Positions 13,897-27,919 of a stretch of DNA of 64,000 nt are shown in pieces. Numbering within the stretch: position 1 is the first letter of the stretch; each line of letters opens with the position of its first letter. The notes beneath the pieces were generated by a model that was not told where the DNA came from, made no database searches, and saw nothing but the letters and a program-made list of their open reading frames with translations. The position numbers were made by a program, and so were the translations under genes. The stretch is from Octopus sinensis (lineage: Eukaryota): assembly GCF_006345805.1 (NCBI RefSeq), contig NC_042999.1, positions 149,296,001 to 149,360,000 of the forward strand. Direction: 5' to 3'.

Positions 13897-13910
13897 AACA
13901 CACACATATA
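13555..13910. repeat. (CA)n/(TACA)n microsatellite-rich tract
   Basis: Pure (CA)n at about 13801-13890 within a degenerate CA/TA tract. It explains the overlapping HTHT/CVCV ORFs. Confidence 0.97.
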
Positions 13911-14647
13911 GGCTTGAAAGAAATGAAGCCAACATGATGTGCTGAATGTGTAACGACAGAGTGTAAGTGCCCTAAAAGAAAAGTTGGGTATAAGAAGCAT
14001 CAAATGTGGTGTGCAAGAGAGGTGACTGTACTGGTATCATCATGAGTTACGCATGAATGAAGACAGCTGCGTGAGGAAGTGCCACTCCCTAACTGTGGAA
14101 GGAACCTGTGGAAGAGGTAGACCCAGGAAGACATGGGATAAGGTGGTGAATCATGGCCTTCAAATATTGAGCCCCACAGAGGCAATGACAAGAGATCGGG
14201 ACCTTTGGAGATATGCTGTAATTGAGAAGACCCAGCAACTAAAGTGAGATCGAGTCACGCATGTCCGGTCCTGTTAAGAATACCCTGATGCGTCAGACAA
14301 TGTGATATGCTTGAGAAGACCTGTTGAGTCAAGTAAAACTAATACCATAGCTGGGGCTAGTGCTCATGGCTGGCTCCCATGCTGGTGGCACATTAAAAGC
14401 ACCATCCGAACGTGGTCGATGCCAGATCCACCTGACTGGCCACTGTGCCAATGACATGTAAAAAACACCAACCGAACGTGGCCAATGCCAGTACCCCTTG
14501 GAGTGGTTGGCGTTAGGAAGGGCATCCAGTTGTAGAAACATTGGCAGATCAGATTGGCATCTGGTGTAGCTGCTGGTTCTCCAGATCTGTCAAACTGTCC
14601 AACCCATGCCAGCATGGAAAGCGGACGTTAAATGATGACGATGATGA
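13910..14647 (+). mobile_element. RTE LINE 3' end: ORF terminus plus 3' UTR and (GAT)n tail
   Basis: Reads RLERNEA...EKLGIRSIKCGVQER...RMNEDSCVRKCHSLTVEGTCGRGRPRKTWDKVV..TRDRDLWR (RTE 'RGRP...W' motif). It continues into the ubiquitous gtggttggcgttaggaagggcatccag...catggaaagcggacgttaaatgatga repeat, identifying that repeat as the RTE 3' UTR. Confidence 0.9.
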
Positions 14648-15682
14648 TATATCTACATAGATACGTATTTGTGTGTGTGTGTGTGTATTTATTCTTGTAG
14701 ATTTTTTATCTTTTTAGCCTTACCACCAGTAAAGTAGGTAGGTAAAAGTCACACCTGGCCATCTTAAAAATAAACAAATAAATAAAATGGGTACAACAGG
14801 TTGGATAATATTGTCTTAAATGAAAAGATGTGATGGTCATGATTGGAATACCAGCACTAAGCAGGGACTTGAAGAATAAAAATTCAGTTCCTTAAATTCA
14901 AACCTAACAAAAAATAGCTGTCCATGTTTTATTGAAAACAGGTATAATGGAAAGAGGAGAGAAGTCAGGTGAAATTTATGATTCAGAGTAAATTAGCATA
15001 AAATAATTGGAAATCATAAAATGAGCAGTAAAGAATGTGTGTGTGTTGGGGGGGGGGTGATGATGGATACATGTGCCTGCATGTGATGTTTAACCCCAAG
15101 TCAGTCATGATCAAGTAAATCTATGATCAACTGTACTCTGGCAGTGATCATCTAGTATTTTTTTTTTAGTTATTTTTAAACTTTTATTTCAGTGACAAAA
15201 ATTCTATTACCCAATGTTTGCTTTGTTATTCAAGATAGTAGAGGGTTATTTAAGGGAAATTTGGCTGCTATTTCTAGTTAGTTATGCATCTATGCAGAAG
15301 CTTCCTCCTTGTGTGTGTGTGTATATATGTGTGTATGTAGGGTCATGTTTGTATGTACCTGCATTTGATACTGTTTAGCCCCAGGTCAACTATGACTGAA
15401 TATCTTCTAGCTGTCATCATCCAGCATTTTTGTATCTGAGAGACTAAAATTATATATTACCAAATGTAACCTTTGTGATTCAAGTGAAATTTGGCTGCTA
15501 TTTCTAGTTGGCCATGTATCCATGCAGAAGTTTCCTCTTTGTGTGTGAGAGTGAGTAGATGGTGGTGACTAATACAAGCAATGATATAACTGAGATTACA
15601 TGCTAACATTACCAACTAAAATATGTACTATGATTATTTATTGCTTATTCTACCTCATTATAATTGACTTAGCTGTTACCAC

Positions 15683-16260
15683 TCATCATCATCGTTTAAC
15701 ATCCGCTTTCCATGCTGGCATGGGTTGGATGGTTTGACTGGGGACTGGCAAGCCAGGAGGCTGCACTAGGCTCCAATCTAATCTGGCAAGGTTTCTACAG
15801 CTGGATGCCCTTCCTAATGCCAACCTCTCTGAGAGAGTAGTGAGTGTCTTTTATGTGCCACTGTCACAGGGAGCCAGTCAGGCAGCACTGGCATCAACCC
15901 ACACATGAATGGTGCTTATTGCATGCCACCACATGAGAGCCAGTCAGACGGCACTGGCATCGGCCACATTCGGATGGTGCTTTTTACATGCCACTGGCAC
16001 GGGGAGCCAGTCAGGCAGCACTGGCATTGACCCACACATAAATGGTGCTTATTGCGTGCCACCAACATGGGAACCAGTCAGGCAGCACTGGCATCGGCCC
16101 ACACATAAATGGTGCTTATTGCGTGCCACCAACATGGGAACCAGTCAGGCAGCACTGGCATCGGCCCACACATAAATGGTGCTTATTGTATGCCACCAAC
16201 ATGGGAACCAGTCAGGCAGCACTGGCATCGGCCACAACTGCAATTTCCATTTTGATTGAG
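15683..16260 (-). mobile_element. RTE 3'-UTR repeat with an internal 67-bp tandem array (about 5-6 units)
   Basis: Begins catcatcatcgtttaacatccgctttccatgc. Unit ccagtcaggcagcactggcatcggcccacacataaatggtgcttattgcgtgccaccaacatgggaa at about 15874, 15941, 16007, 16074, 16141 and 16208. Confidence 0.9.
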
Positions 16261-16732
16261 ATTCTGATTATTATTATTGCAGAATCATTAGAGTCAGACA
16301 AAATGTCTTGCTCTATTTCTTTTGGTTCTTTACATTCTGAGGTCAAATACTACCAAGATCAACTTTTCTTTTCCTCATTTTGGGGAGATAAAATAAAAAT
16401 AGCAGTCAAATACTTGGGGTCAATTGAATCAACTGAGCTTACTTTTGTCCACTCCAGCCCCAAACTTGTGGTCTCATGCGTACATTACAAGTGATTATTT
16501 TGTGTTAATATCAAATCTATTTTCTTTAAGCAGTCTCAGACACTCCACCTCCAACCAAAGAACAAGAAGAATCTAACAGTAAAACAGCAGGTTACTCATG
16601 ATTGTTGACCTGTGCCATAATCACAAAAAGGGGATTCTATATTCTGTTCCCATTTCACTTTGCTGTTATAGAGTTAACTATGACATTTCCTCATGTTACA
16701 TATGTGGACTCAGAACACTTTGATAAATATTC

Positions 16733-17433
16733 CAACCCCTTTTAGTACCAACCCACCTGATACTGCCCCTGTTCTATTATATAAATTTCCTGTTTAGAAG
16801 GATCTGTATTAAAAGGGTCCACAATTTCTTTTAGCTTTGTTATGTAATATGTAATTAAGCAACATTCTAAACATCAACATAACCTTTTGACATTCAAATT
16901 ACTCTGTTTCTTTGCATAATGAACTGTAAATAACCAATATATTTACTGGAAATATATTTATTTACCCTTTAGCATTCAGATTGTTCTGTCAAATGTCATC
17001 ATCATCATCATTTAACGTCCACTTTCCATGCTAGCATGGGTTGGACAATTTGACTGAGGTCTGGTGAACCAGACTCCAATCTAATCTGGCAGACTTTCTA
17101 CAGCTGGATGCCCTTCCTAATGCCAACCAGCTGTAGAAACTCTGCCAGATCAGATTGGAGTCTGGTTCGCCAGACCTCAGTCGAATCGTTGAATTCAAAT
17201 GGTTGAATTAATTATGAGGCTTCAATGATGTGATTGCTTATTTTTAGAGTGACATTGTAGGGTAGGCATGAGAAGATGGATGTGGCCAGTTTTAACACAA
17301 AACAGGTAGAATATATGGCCAGTTTAAATGCTAAAGGCTTCAGAACGACAAAGACATTTTACTAAATTCTTCATTATTTTAAAAATTACTAAAAACCAGT
17401 ATTTCAACAGAAGTATGGTAACAAATGGGTTAA
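16733..17433. mobile_element. Nested piggyBac-like MITEs containing a fold-back RTE 3'-UTR insertion
   Basis: Outer ends are aacccctttagtacc... and ...ggtaacaaatgggttaa. Inner ends are cccttt(a)gcatt (about 16965) and aatgctaaagg (about 17330). The RTE piece spans 16996-17189. Confidence 0.65.
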
Positions 17434-18576
17434 GTAGATACAAATTGGCCAGGTAGATAAAATTTGGACACCAGCCCACAGGTAAGAAGTTTCAAATCTA
17501 ACGCAAGAATAGATGCAAGTCATTGTGCAATTATTTTAGCAGTGCACATAATTTTAGCTTCATATTACATCGCTGCGAAGAACAGGAATTAGATCTGCTG
17601 GGAATGTTACTTGCAATAGACTGATACCCCACTCAAGGGTAAGTTTATCGCTCATGGGCTGAACGCCATGAAACTAGAGCTAAACACTAGATTATATAAG
17701 ACCCTCAGAGCTTTGGAAATATTTACATTTGTTTGCTCTGCTCTTCTGACTTCGCTAGTGAAATATTTCTCCAAACAAAAATGATACGCTTTACATACTT
17801 TTACACTTGCTGACACCTTAAGTGTATGTATGTGAGCATCTGTGTGAGTACATGTATGTGTGAATTAGAGCATGTGTTCATGAGAGTATATCACCTGCGT
17901 GTGAAAATGCGTGTAGATGTGGGAGAGAGAGAGAGTGAGAATGTGTGTTTGAGAGAGACAGACAGACAGAAAAAGTGTGTGTGTGTGTGTGAGAAAGAGA
18001 GACAGACTGAGAAAGTATGTGTGCGTGTGTGCGTTTCTCAGTTCCTCTCTTTCTTTCTCTTTTTCTCCACAAGGCCACCTACAAAGCTAATCTTCACCAC
18101 ATCACAACAAAACCACAGACATAGTTTCAAAATTGTTAGGTAGATAAAAGATAAATATCTCTCTGGATAGAATACCATGTCTATCTCAGGATGCTTCCCA
18201 GTAAGAAGAATTCAACTAAGCCTTGTTGTTATTCCACCAATCTATATATTACCCCCCCCCCACCAACACACACACACACAGAGCATATTTCCCTTCAGAG
18301 ATTAACAAACAAAATATCGGTAATATACTAGGATTGGGTTCAATGACTATAAACAACTCCGGTGTTCTTTAGTTTGTTACAGCAATCATTGCTCAGACCA
18401 TTCTGGAGTAGCTATGTCTTTATGAAAAGTAATGCAATGAATATAGAAAAAAAGAAAGGCCCTCCTTTTAGTCAATGAAGAGGGCCTCCGATGGATCAGA
18501 GAGCTAGTAAAGTAATGCGGCAGGAATTAGTATGGACCTTGAAAAAGTTGAAACTTTACATAAAGAAGAACTGAGA

Positions 18577-19025
18577 ATGTCCTCCAGTTCTCTTGAACTA
18601 TTTTTATAATACTTATGACTCAAGTTGTCATGAATCTATTTTTACAATATCCATAACTCCAGCTCTCATGAATCTATTCTTATTATACCCTTGACTCCAG
18701 TTTTCTTGAGTCTATCCTTACACTAAACATGACTCTAGCTCTCATAAGTCCTTCATTACAATAGTCCTGATGCGAGCTCTCACTAATCTATCCTTATGAT
18801 ACACAACTCCAGCTCTTCTGAATATCTCCTTACAATACACATGACTCCAGCTGTCATGAATCTATCCTCACAATACCCACGACTCCAGCTCTTACAAATT
18901 TATCTTTGTATAATACCAATGACTCCAGCTCTTCTGAATCTCTCCTTACAATGCTTATGATACCAACTATCACAAATATATTCTTATGATATCCATGACT
19001 CCAGCTCTCATGAATCTATATGACT
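18577..19025 (+). repeat. Degenerate 38-bp minisatellite, about 12 units
   Basis: Consensus atgactccagctctcatgaatctatccttacaataccc. Units start at about 18577, 18615, 18653, 18691, 18729, 18767, 18803, 18841, 18879, 18919, 18957 and 18995. Confidence 0.9.
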
Positions 19026-19882
19026 ATAGTTTGAACAGTTCTAACACAATAATCTGATGCCCACCATCTCCAACCATGTAGTCACTTGACCCGATCTGTT
19101 TATTATTGAAAACAGCTGTTATTGTTACAGACATAATATGTTTCTTTTCCTCTTTCTCACTCATCCACTCCGTGCAACCACACAGACTGGTTTAGATTTC
19201 AAACTACAAGTATTACATGAAGGGTAAGGAAAATAAAAGTATTACAGGGATTGGCAGGAATTAACAACAATAACAATAAAATCATTCTTTGAATAACTGA
19301 ATAGTAAAGTTATAAATAATCTGTTTATACAGATCCAAATATTCAATGCCTAAACAAGATTAAGGTAGTCGATATATTGACTGGAGATCAGAAGAAAATG
19401 TAGGTTATATAGACAGAGTAATAACATCTTATTGGTAGAACATACATCTTGAGACACAATTAGACTTAAATAAATTTAACAGTTAATTTTTTCTGCCATT
19501 TCATTTACTTAAATGAATCAGAACACAGACAGTTTAAACAAACTAATGTAGGTCAAGTGTTTCACTGACTTCAATATATATATGTGAAAAACTATGTCTC
19601 TAATCTCATATGGGAATAATGGAATTCTTGAAGATTTCTTCTTCACATAAGGCACAGGGTTGGTTGTGTGGTTAAGAAACTCACTTTCCAGTGATGTGGT
19701 TTCAGTTCAATCCCACTGTGCACCACTTTGAGCAAGTGTCTTCTACTAAAGCTTTTAGCTGACCAATGCCTTGTGAATGAATATGACAGATAGAAACTGT
19801 GCAGAAGCCTGTCATATGTGCACACTTGTGTGTCTATATATAAGCCTGGTGATGCAAAGAGGAAAATAGAACTATGAGTATA

Positions 19883-20107
19883 CAGTAATCTCTCGCCATA
19901 TCATGGTTTACCTATCGTGGTTTATTATGTAAGATTACGTTGATTCCTCTGTGGTGTTGTTTTGCATTTATAATAAAATAAATATATACAAATTATAGAA
20001 ATAATAAAAAAAAATATATACAGTACAGTACTGTTTCTACTTCATGGATTTTTACCTATCGCAGGGGTTTTTGGAACATAACACCTGCGATAGTCAAGGG
20101 ATTACTA
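19883..20107. mobile_element. Tigger/pogo-like MITE (about 225 bp)
   Basis: Imperfect TIRs cagtaatctctcgccatatc... / ...gatagtcaagggattacta flanked by TA. Partial relatives lie at about 3990-4075 and 6607-6720. Confidence 0.7.
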
Positions 20108-20222
20108 TATATATTTTATTATTAATAATTGGCAGAAGTTACAGAGTGACTCAAGAGCCAGGAACTTTGCACATTGATTAGTGCCAATGTATGAGATTCT
20201 TGCTGACTATAAATAATAAAAA

Positions 20223-20830
20223 TAACATCAAAATAATAAAAAATCAAATGGATATTGTAGTTGTGATACCCATGCCGGTGGCACATTGGGCCTCACAGAG
20301 GCAATGACGAAAGACCAAGACCTCTGAGATATGCTGTGACTGTGAAGACCCAACAAATGAAGTTAGTTCATGGCTCGCAGGACGGCATGCTATGCTAACC
20401 TTGGATCGTAGGGTGACCTGCTATGCTTGAGAAGACCTATTGAGTCAAGTACATCAACATCAAAATAAAAATCAAATGGAAATTGTAGTTGTGATACCCG
20501 TGCCAGTGGCACGTAAAAAGCACCATCCGAATGTGGCCGATGCCAGCGCTGCCTTGACTGGTATCCGTGCTGGTGACACGTAAAAAGCACCAACTGATCG
20601 TGACTGTTTGCCAGCCTCCTCTGGCCCCCGTGCCAGTGGAATGTAAAAAAACACCCACTACACTCACGGAGTGGTTGGCATTAGGAAGGGCATCCAGCTG
20701 TAGGAACACTACCAGATCAGACTGGAGCTTGGTGCAGCCTCCTGGCTTCCCAGACCCTTGTCGATCCGTCCAACCCATGCTAGCATGGAAAATGGACGTT
20801 AAACGATAATGATGATGATGATGATGATGA
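20223..20830 (+). mobile_element. RTE 3' end with 3' UTR and (GAT)n tail
   Basis: ttgggcctcacagaggcaatgacg (LGLTEAMT) followed by the family 3' UTR and gatgatgat tail. Segment 20223-20285 duplicates 20456-20512. Confidence 0.85.
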
Positions 20831-21861
20831 TACATTGTGTGTGTGTGTGTATGTGTGTCTTTGTGTCTGTTTCACCACACTGCTTAACAACTGGTGTTGG
20901 CTTGTTTACATTCTCATTAAGTGGTGCAACCAAAAATACCAACAAAATAAGTATCAGACCTTAAAAAATAAGTACTGGGATTCATTTGTTCATCCCAAAC
21001 CCTTCAAAATGATGCTACAGTATGATCACAGTCCAATGAAGGAAAAAGATGAAAGAAAATATTCATACAGCAAATCATCTTGGCAGAATCGACCTAACAT
21101 GAAGCTGTTTCAACACCTTGAGTTCATACTGGTATTAAATGCTAACAAAACACTCATCAATTTTAGTGCTGCCACTATTTACAGTACAGAAGCGATTTTT
21201 TACCCCGTATAACCTATTTATACCAGGTAAATTACGAAGGTAGTTGACTCTCAAATGATCTGGCTAACACAAATATGGACCAAATCATTTTGACAATTAA
21301 CTTGGCAAAAGGACATAATACCAAGGAAGAGATACGAATCACAAACTTTCCAATTGGCTGATCAAGTCCCTTATTAATTCCTATGATCTCTTAACCTCTT
21401 ACTAGTTGTCCCTATACACTCAGCTATAATGCACAAAGAATGATTAAAGTTGGATAGAAGACAAATAGAAGTTAGCAATGGGTTGTCATTCTGAATTATG
21501 CTAACAACATAGTATTATTTACATCAACTCATTTGAATGAACAAACAAATGTACATACATATGCATGTACATACATACATGTATACAAAATAGGTACTGA
21601 ACAGACTCAGTAGAATTTACTTTTTCCTTCACCTGAAAGATTGTGTATAGAAATTATGAGTAATGATACAGAGAAACCTTCAAATATATATATCATCATC
21701 ATCATTGTTTAACATCCATTTTCCATGCTGCATGGGTTTTATGTATACATATATATATGTAATGTTTATGTATATAAGAAGTTAAAAGCCAAAACACTTG
21801 CCAGAGTGGGGTTTCTTCTCTGAAGATCTGCTGGTCAGCTGTCCTGAGACTTTCTTATGCC

Positions 21862-21903
<42 letters not shown>

Positions 21904-22497
21904 TGTAGGTTTGGTAGAATAAACAAGAGAAACAAAACACAGCACACAGACTATATATATACTCTTTTTTGACTTTTTAATCAACAGGAAGTTGTGAAAG
22001 CGGTGTGCTTGCAGCTTTCACTCCTTGAGTCACTTTTGAAACTTTCTACCGGTTAAAATATCACACACACACATGCATATATATTAAACAAGGCTTTGGT
22101 CAGTATGAAGTTATAGTGGAAGACACTTGCCCCACACAGTGGGACTGAACCTGGGACCATGTGGTTGGAAAGCAAACTTCTTATCACATAGCCATGCGGA
22201 GAGATTAGTGTTAGGAAGGGCATCCAGCCATAAAATCCCTGCTAAAACAGACAGTGGCCTAGGGTAGCTTTTCTACCTGGCCGGCTCCTACCAACAGTTC
22301 TACCCATGCATACATGGAAGATGGACATTAAATGATGATGACTATATATATATGCATTCTAATATATGACCTACAATGTTGGACTCCTCATTCGCATAAT
22401 CACCGATCCTGAAACTTAACTATAGTCTGTCCATAGCACTTACTCGGCATTACCTGACACATTGGGGTCTTCTTGACACCATTACCTCTCATAACCT

Positions 22498-22542
<45 letters not shown>

Positions 22543-25170
22543 TATATGATGAGGGGAGAGAGGGGAAAGAGAAGAGAGGGGAAAGGGAAGAGAGGGGAAA
22601 AGAGATGAGGAGTGGTGAAGGGAGGAAGATATAAGATTTTATTTTTAAAATAATAAACTGAGATAAAAATTGATTAGTTGAAAATTCTGAGTTGTTCAGA
22701 TCAGGTAAAATAAGCAACGAATCCGTTTTAGATCTTTCTCTTAATGATAAAAAAAGGACAACTTTTATACTCACCAACATATTAATAGATGTGAATGCCC
22801 ATCCATGATCAGTTATCATATTATATTAACTTGTATTAACAATTATATTTCGGATACAATAGTAAAATCCAGATTAATTTAGGGTTTACAGATGTATTTG
22901 GAAACATTCAATATACATATATATATATATATATGTAGAGAGAGAGAGAGAACAGAAAGAGCAACTGTTATAATGTCACACATAGCACTGTGATGACCAA
23001 TGATAACAGCAACCAATAAAATGTCTTTTCTAAAAGGCAAATAGGATATGTTTTTAGATAAACCCAAAATACAAGGTCAAATTAAACAGCAATACGTGTT
23101 TTAGTATAGTTACTAAAGATATGAGAACACATTAGGAATTCATTCCATTTAAAGAGTATTTTATCATAAGTTAATAATAAGTATTACAAGGAAAAGACTA
23201 TTGTAATTAACTTGAAGCACTGTAATATGTAAATGATATTATTGCTTTTAAAAAAATGAAAAATTTCAGGAATGCAGCTGAGAATTTAGGCAAAATATGT
23301 AAGGTGTTGCCAATAAATAAAATAAAGAAAAGAAAGTGTATTACTGTGAATATATTGTTTAATGTTTCTGTAATATTTCGGGAAAGATTTCCCTTGTCAA
23401 ATACAAGAATGAAAATAATCCAAGAGTTCAAAGACAGTGTTATTATTGTGAAGCTTTCTTGAAATATTACAGAAACATTAAATAACCTATGAAATTCAAT
23501 ATCTTCTCTTTATATGTTCTTTGGCATCACTTTACAAATTATTTCTATTTTCTCACCTGATTGTTTGAAAGGTTTTTAAAAATTGACTTCTAACATAGGC
23601 ACAAGGTTACAAATTTGGTAGTGGGAGGTATGGCTGTGTGGTTCAGAAGTTTACATCCCAATCGTGTGGCTTCAGGTTCAGTCCTACTACATGATACATT
23701 CAACGAGTGTCTTCTATTATAGCCTGCGTACTAGATCCTTATGAGTAGATCTGACAGATGGAAACTGAAAGGTCTATTTGTGTGTGTAAGTATGTATATA
23801 GATGTGTGTATGTGGTTTGACATTACATGAGAGTTCTACATGAGTGTCCCTACAATACAAATGATGCTATTTGATTCCGATATTCTATGAAAATATGTCT
23901 AACTATGGAGAAATGTTATCTTGCTTCAAAAGGAGTGAAAGTTGGCAACAAGAAGGGCATTTGGCTGTAGAAAATCTGCTACAGCTAATTCTGTCTGATC
24001 CATGCAAGTATGTAATAGTGAAAGATAAAACAGTGATGATGGTGGTGGTAGTGATGGTTCTTATGATGATGATGATGATGAGCTTATAAACAATTAAATC
24101 AACACCAGTACTAGACTGGTACAACCTCAGCATGTATCAGAGCAACAACAACCACAGTATACTGACCCCGCCTTGCAGAGGGCATTGGTGAAAAATGGAC
24201 TGTTTGACCAGTGGAATGTGTCCTTTCCATAAGAGACAAAAATGTAGATGTTCAAATCTCATCAGATAGGGGCTGGAACAAAGCATAATGGTTATAAGGT
24301 AAGCTATGATGGAGGTGATGAAGGCATTTGGCACCTCTGCTCACCCTTTCAAGTATAGCTTCCTCTTAGCCCATTTCTGGGTGAAGATGGTCAAATTGTC
24401 ATCAAATTGTAACCTTGTTCCAGTTCCTGTCCACCCCAAGCAGTTTAAACAGTCCTCTCTGTCCAGTGACCAATGATACCTTCAATAGCATAGACTTGTC
24501 TCTCCAGACCAACATTGATTTAAATGTTGTCTTTGTAATAGTTTTTACTCATCTAAGTTCTTTTACCTCAGAGAATACCTGAACTGTATTAAACAAAAAT
24601 GAGTCAGTGACTACTACTACTGGTAAATATTTTTATTGTCCCATTTTGCAAGTCTACAGAAACTTAAAAGGAGCCAGTAACCTGGTTTCATTAACATGCT
24701 GCTAGCAGAGGACAAAGAACTTATCTAATCTAGCCTAACACTTTAGAAATGTGACAATATAATATTTATAAATGTCATATCTTTTCTATAAATGGTAATC
24801 CTCACAGCTATTAATTATTCCCGAGTTGTACTAAGTGACAAAATTCTTTCCAGAACCAACAGTCTGGTCACATTTTCTTAACTTGAAATGTTTGTGATTG
24901 ATTAACTTAAATTGCTTTGATAATTTTAAGACATGCTATAAAAACCTCATACATCAAAGTGAGTTGTTAAGCTTTTATTAAGGAGATACAACACCTAACA
25001 CCTGGTAAATTGAGTTTATTTTTAAATGAGAAGTTTTATATAATAAAATTTACCTTCTGCTAAAAGATAGGTAAAAAACATTATTACAATAATGTATTTG
25101 AATAAGGAGGTAAATAGCAGAATTGATAGAGAGCCTGACAAAATGTCTTGTTGACTTTAGTTATATCCCT

Positions 25171-25396
25171 TTAACCCTTTTGTTACCATATTTCTGTTGA
25201 GATGTTTTGTGTTTCTTTCAATTACTTTAAATAGAACAAAGAATTTAGTAAAACTTAGTTGTCATTAAGCAAGTATTAGGAACATAAATTGTGACTAAGG
25301 TTTGATGGAAGATTTTAATTCAAAACTTATGAAAACAAGACATTTGTACTACAGAACCAGGGGCTGTTTCAGCTGGGTTGGTATCAGAAGGGTTAA
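25171..25396. mobile_element. piggyBac-like MITE (TTAA-flanked, about 225 bp)
   Basis: ttaa-cccttttgttacc ... ggtatcagaaggg-ttaa. Further copies lie at about 30032-30367, 35439-36119 (three in tandem) and 48875-49080. Confidence 0.8.
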
Positions 25397-26865
25397 ATTC
25401 AGACTTCAAATCCTGTTAATTACTGGAGTCATTTTAAACCTTTTATACCAAACTGCCTTAGACTGCTTTTGGTTTTAAAGTGATCGAAATTAAAACATTC
25501 TTTCTAAATTTCATGTTAATTTATCTTCCAAATACCAGCCTAATAATGACAATTGTTTTTGTGCACTTTCCATACTGGCTGGCATGTGTAGGAAAGGTCA
25601 TTACAAATTGAATTAGTTCTTATTTAGAGAGAGTGCTCTCATAGGTAGGTCAGAAAGTTACATATCACTTGTATATTTCATTTTTGGCTTGATTTTCATG
25701 GTTGTATGCTTTTCCTAATACCAACCACATTACATCATTTGTGAGGTAATTAAAATTGGTTGCAGGTGTATGTTTACTAATTATATGTGTATTTTTGTCC
25801 TAGTATAAAATTTTCTGAATCTAAAAATGAAATCATTTAATTTTAACCTTAAATTTCATCATCATCGTCGTTTTTAGTGACCGCTTTTCTCTGTCCACAT
25901 AAGATGGATGGAGTCTACTGAGGCTGATTTTCTACAGTCACATGCCTTTCCTATCACCAATTCTTAACTGTTTCCAAGCAAGGTAATATTTCCCCATGGC
26001 TAGACATACTTTTGCACTGATGTTCATTTACAGTTATCACACAATGTCAAAACAAATTGACACATGCACACTCATTCACACATTTAAACTGGGCTTCTAC
26101 CAGTTTCCATCTACCAATTCAACTCACAAGGCTCTGGTTGCCCAAGGTGCCATGCTGTGAAACTAAGCTCAAAACCATGTAATTAGGAAGCAAGCTTCTT
26201 TACCACACAGCTACAGATTCACATCTTAATATCTGCTCTTAAGGTGGTGAGCTGGCAGAAGCATTAACAGGCCAGACAAAATGGATAGTAGCATTTCGTC
26301 CAGCTTCACATTTTGAGTTCAAATTCTGCCAAGGTCAGCTTTGCTTTTCATTCTTTTGGGACTGATAAAATAATAGGCTTATCCCCAATCCTGAAATTGC
26401 TGGCCTTGTACCAAAATTTGAAACTAATATTTACTTTTATTATAGAGGTTGTTCAGTATGTATATTAAAACACATTAAATGAAAACTGCTTGCCATACAT
26501 TTTAGTGTATATCTTTGTATAAAATTAAGAGTAGATAATAGAACTTAATTTGTAAGTTATAATTTAATATAAATAAACTTCATTTATTGGGAAATGGTTA
26601 TTTTTGCTGTAATTTGGCCCCTGATCAGGAACAATCAAGCATCCTTTCAGCCAAAGAAGTCCTAGCCATGAACCAGCCAAATCTTCAATTCCTTTCAATA
26701 TTTTACAATATATTTCTTTTTTGTGTGTGTGTGTTCCCTAAAGCAGTAGTTCCAAGACTTTTTCAGGCCACATTCTTAGTGCCCCTACCACAAATATAGA
26801 CCCCTTTCTGCAACAAATTCAAAAGAACGGTATTTCACTAATAAAACTTAAACCTAATTAACCTA

Positions 26866-27266
26866 GGTGCAGGGGTGGCTGTGTGGTAGGTAGCTTGCTT
26901 ACCAACCACATGGTTCCAGGTTCAGTCCCATTGCGTGGCATCTTGGGCAAGTGTCTTCTACTATAGCCTCAGGCCAACCAGAGTCTTGTGAATGGATTTG
27001 GTAGACAGAAACTGATAGAAGCCCATCGTATATATGTATATATGTGTGTTTGTGTGTCTGTGTTTGTCCCCCAACATCGCTTGACAACAAATGCTGGTGT
27101 GTTTATGTCCCCATAACTTAGCAGTTCGGCAAAAGAGACCGATTGAATAAGTACTAGTCTTACAAAGAATAAGTCTTGGGGTCGATTTGCTCGACTAAAG
27201 GCGGTGCTCCAGCATGGCTGCAGTCAAATGACTGAAACAAGTAAAATAGTAAAAGAGTAAAGAGAG
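26866..27266 (+). mobile_element. Full-length tRNA-derived SINE family A
   Basis: Head ggtgcaggggtggctgtgtggtag (A-box-like)...ggttcagtccca (B-box-like), an internal TA/GT microsatellite, and 3' end gcagtcaaatgactgaaacaagtaaaa(gag)n. More than 15 whole or partial copies occur in the window. Confidence 0.9.
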
Positions 27267-27919
27267 TATTAATATTTTTTTTTTACATCTATCACCCCAT
27301 TTTGGCCATCCCATGTATCATCCCACTTTTCTTCAATGCTCCTTTGGATCCCCCCCGCCCCACCAAAGGGGTAGTATTTCCCACATTGAGAACTACTGCC
27401 CGAAAGCACTTTACTTTTATTAACTTGTTATTTACATTAGATATCCTGAAATGTAGTAGGGTAGCCCTACAAATCTCATCACCTCATTAGACACCTATCT
27501 GGAGCAGTAATCTTCTTAAAGGTGGCTTTACCTTGAATATATTAACAAGTTGCAGCATGAATACATTTTCTCATCAACTCCATTCTAATCTAAACAAAAT
27601 GAAAGCTAATCTAAACAAAACTGTCAATGTCAGGGAATTTTCTTTATTCCTTCTTTTTTTTTTCCCTTTATTTTATTTCATTTCAGAAACAAAAAAATAA
27701 ATCAATCAAAAAAAAAAAAAAATCAACATTGCCTCAAATATTTCTCCATGCAAACTTTACTTTGTTAAATGAGCCCAAACATGGAAAGCATTTTGTTTGT
27801 TAAATTTCATTTCTTTCAGCAAAGTTGGTATTGACCTATGACCAGAAATGGGAAGGACATTTCACAATTGCTTTTGTTATTGCTTTCTTCTTTGTCTGTT
27901 TGTGCATGTGTGTTTGTGT

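Noticed and set aside
22400-22910. 139-aa minus ORF or possible Penelope GIY-YIG tail (LRER...LNNSEFS)
   Set aside because: The resemblance is too faint, half of the ORF is microsatellite, and I found no hammerhead nearby.
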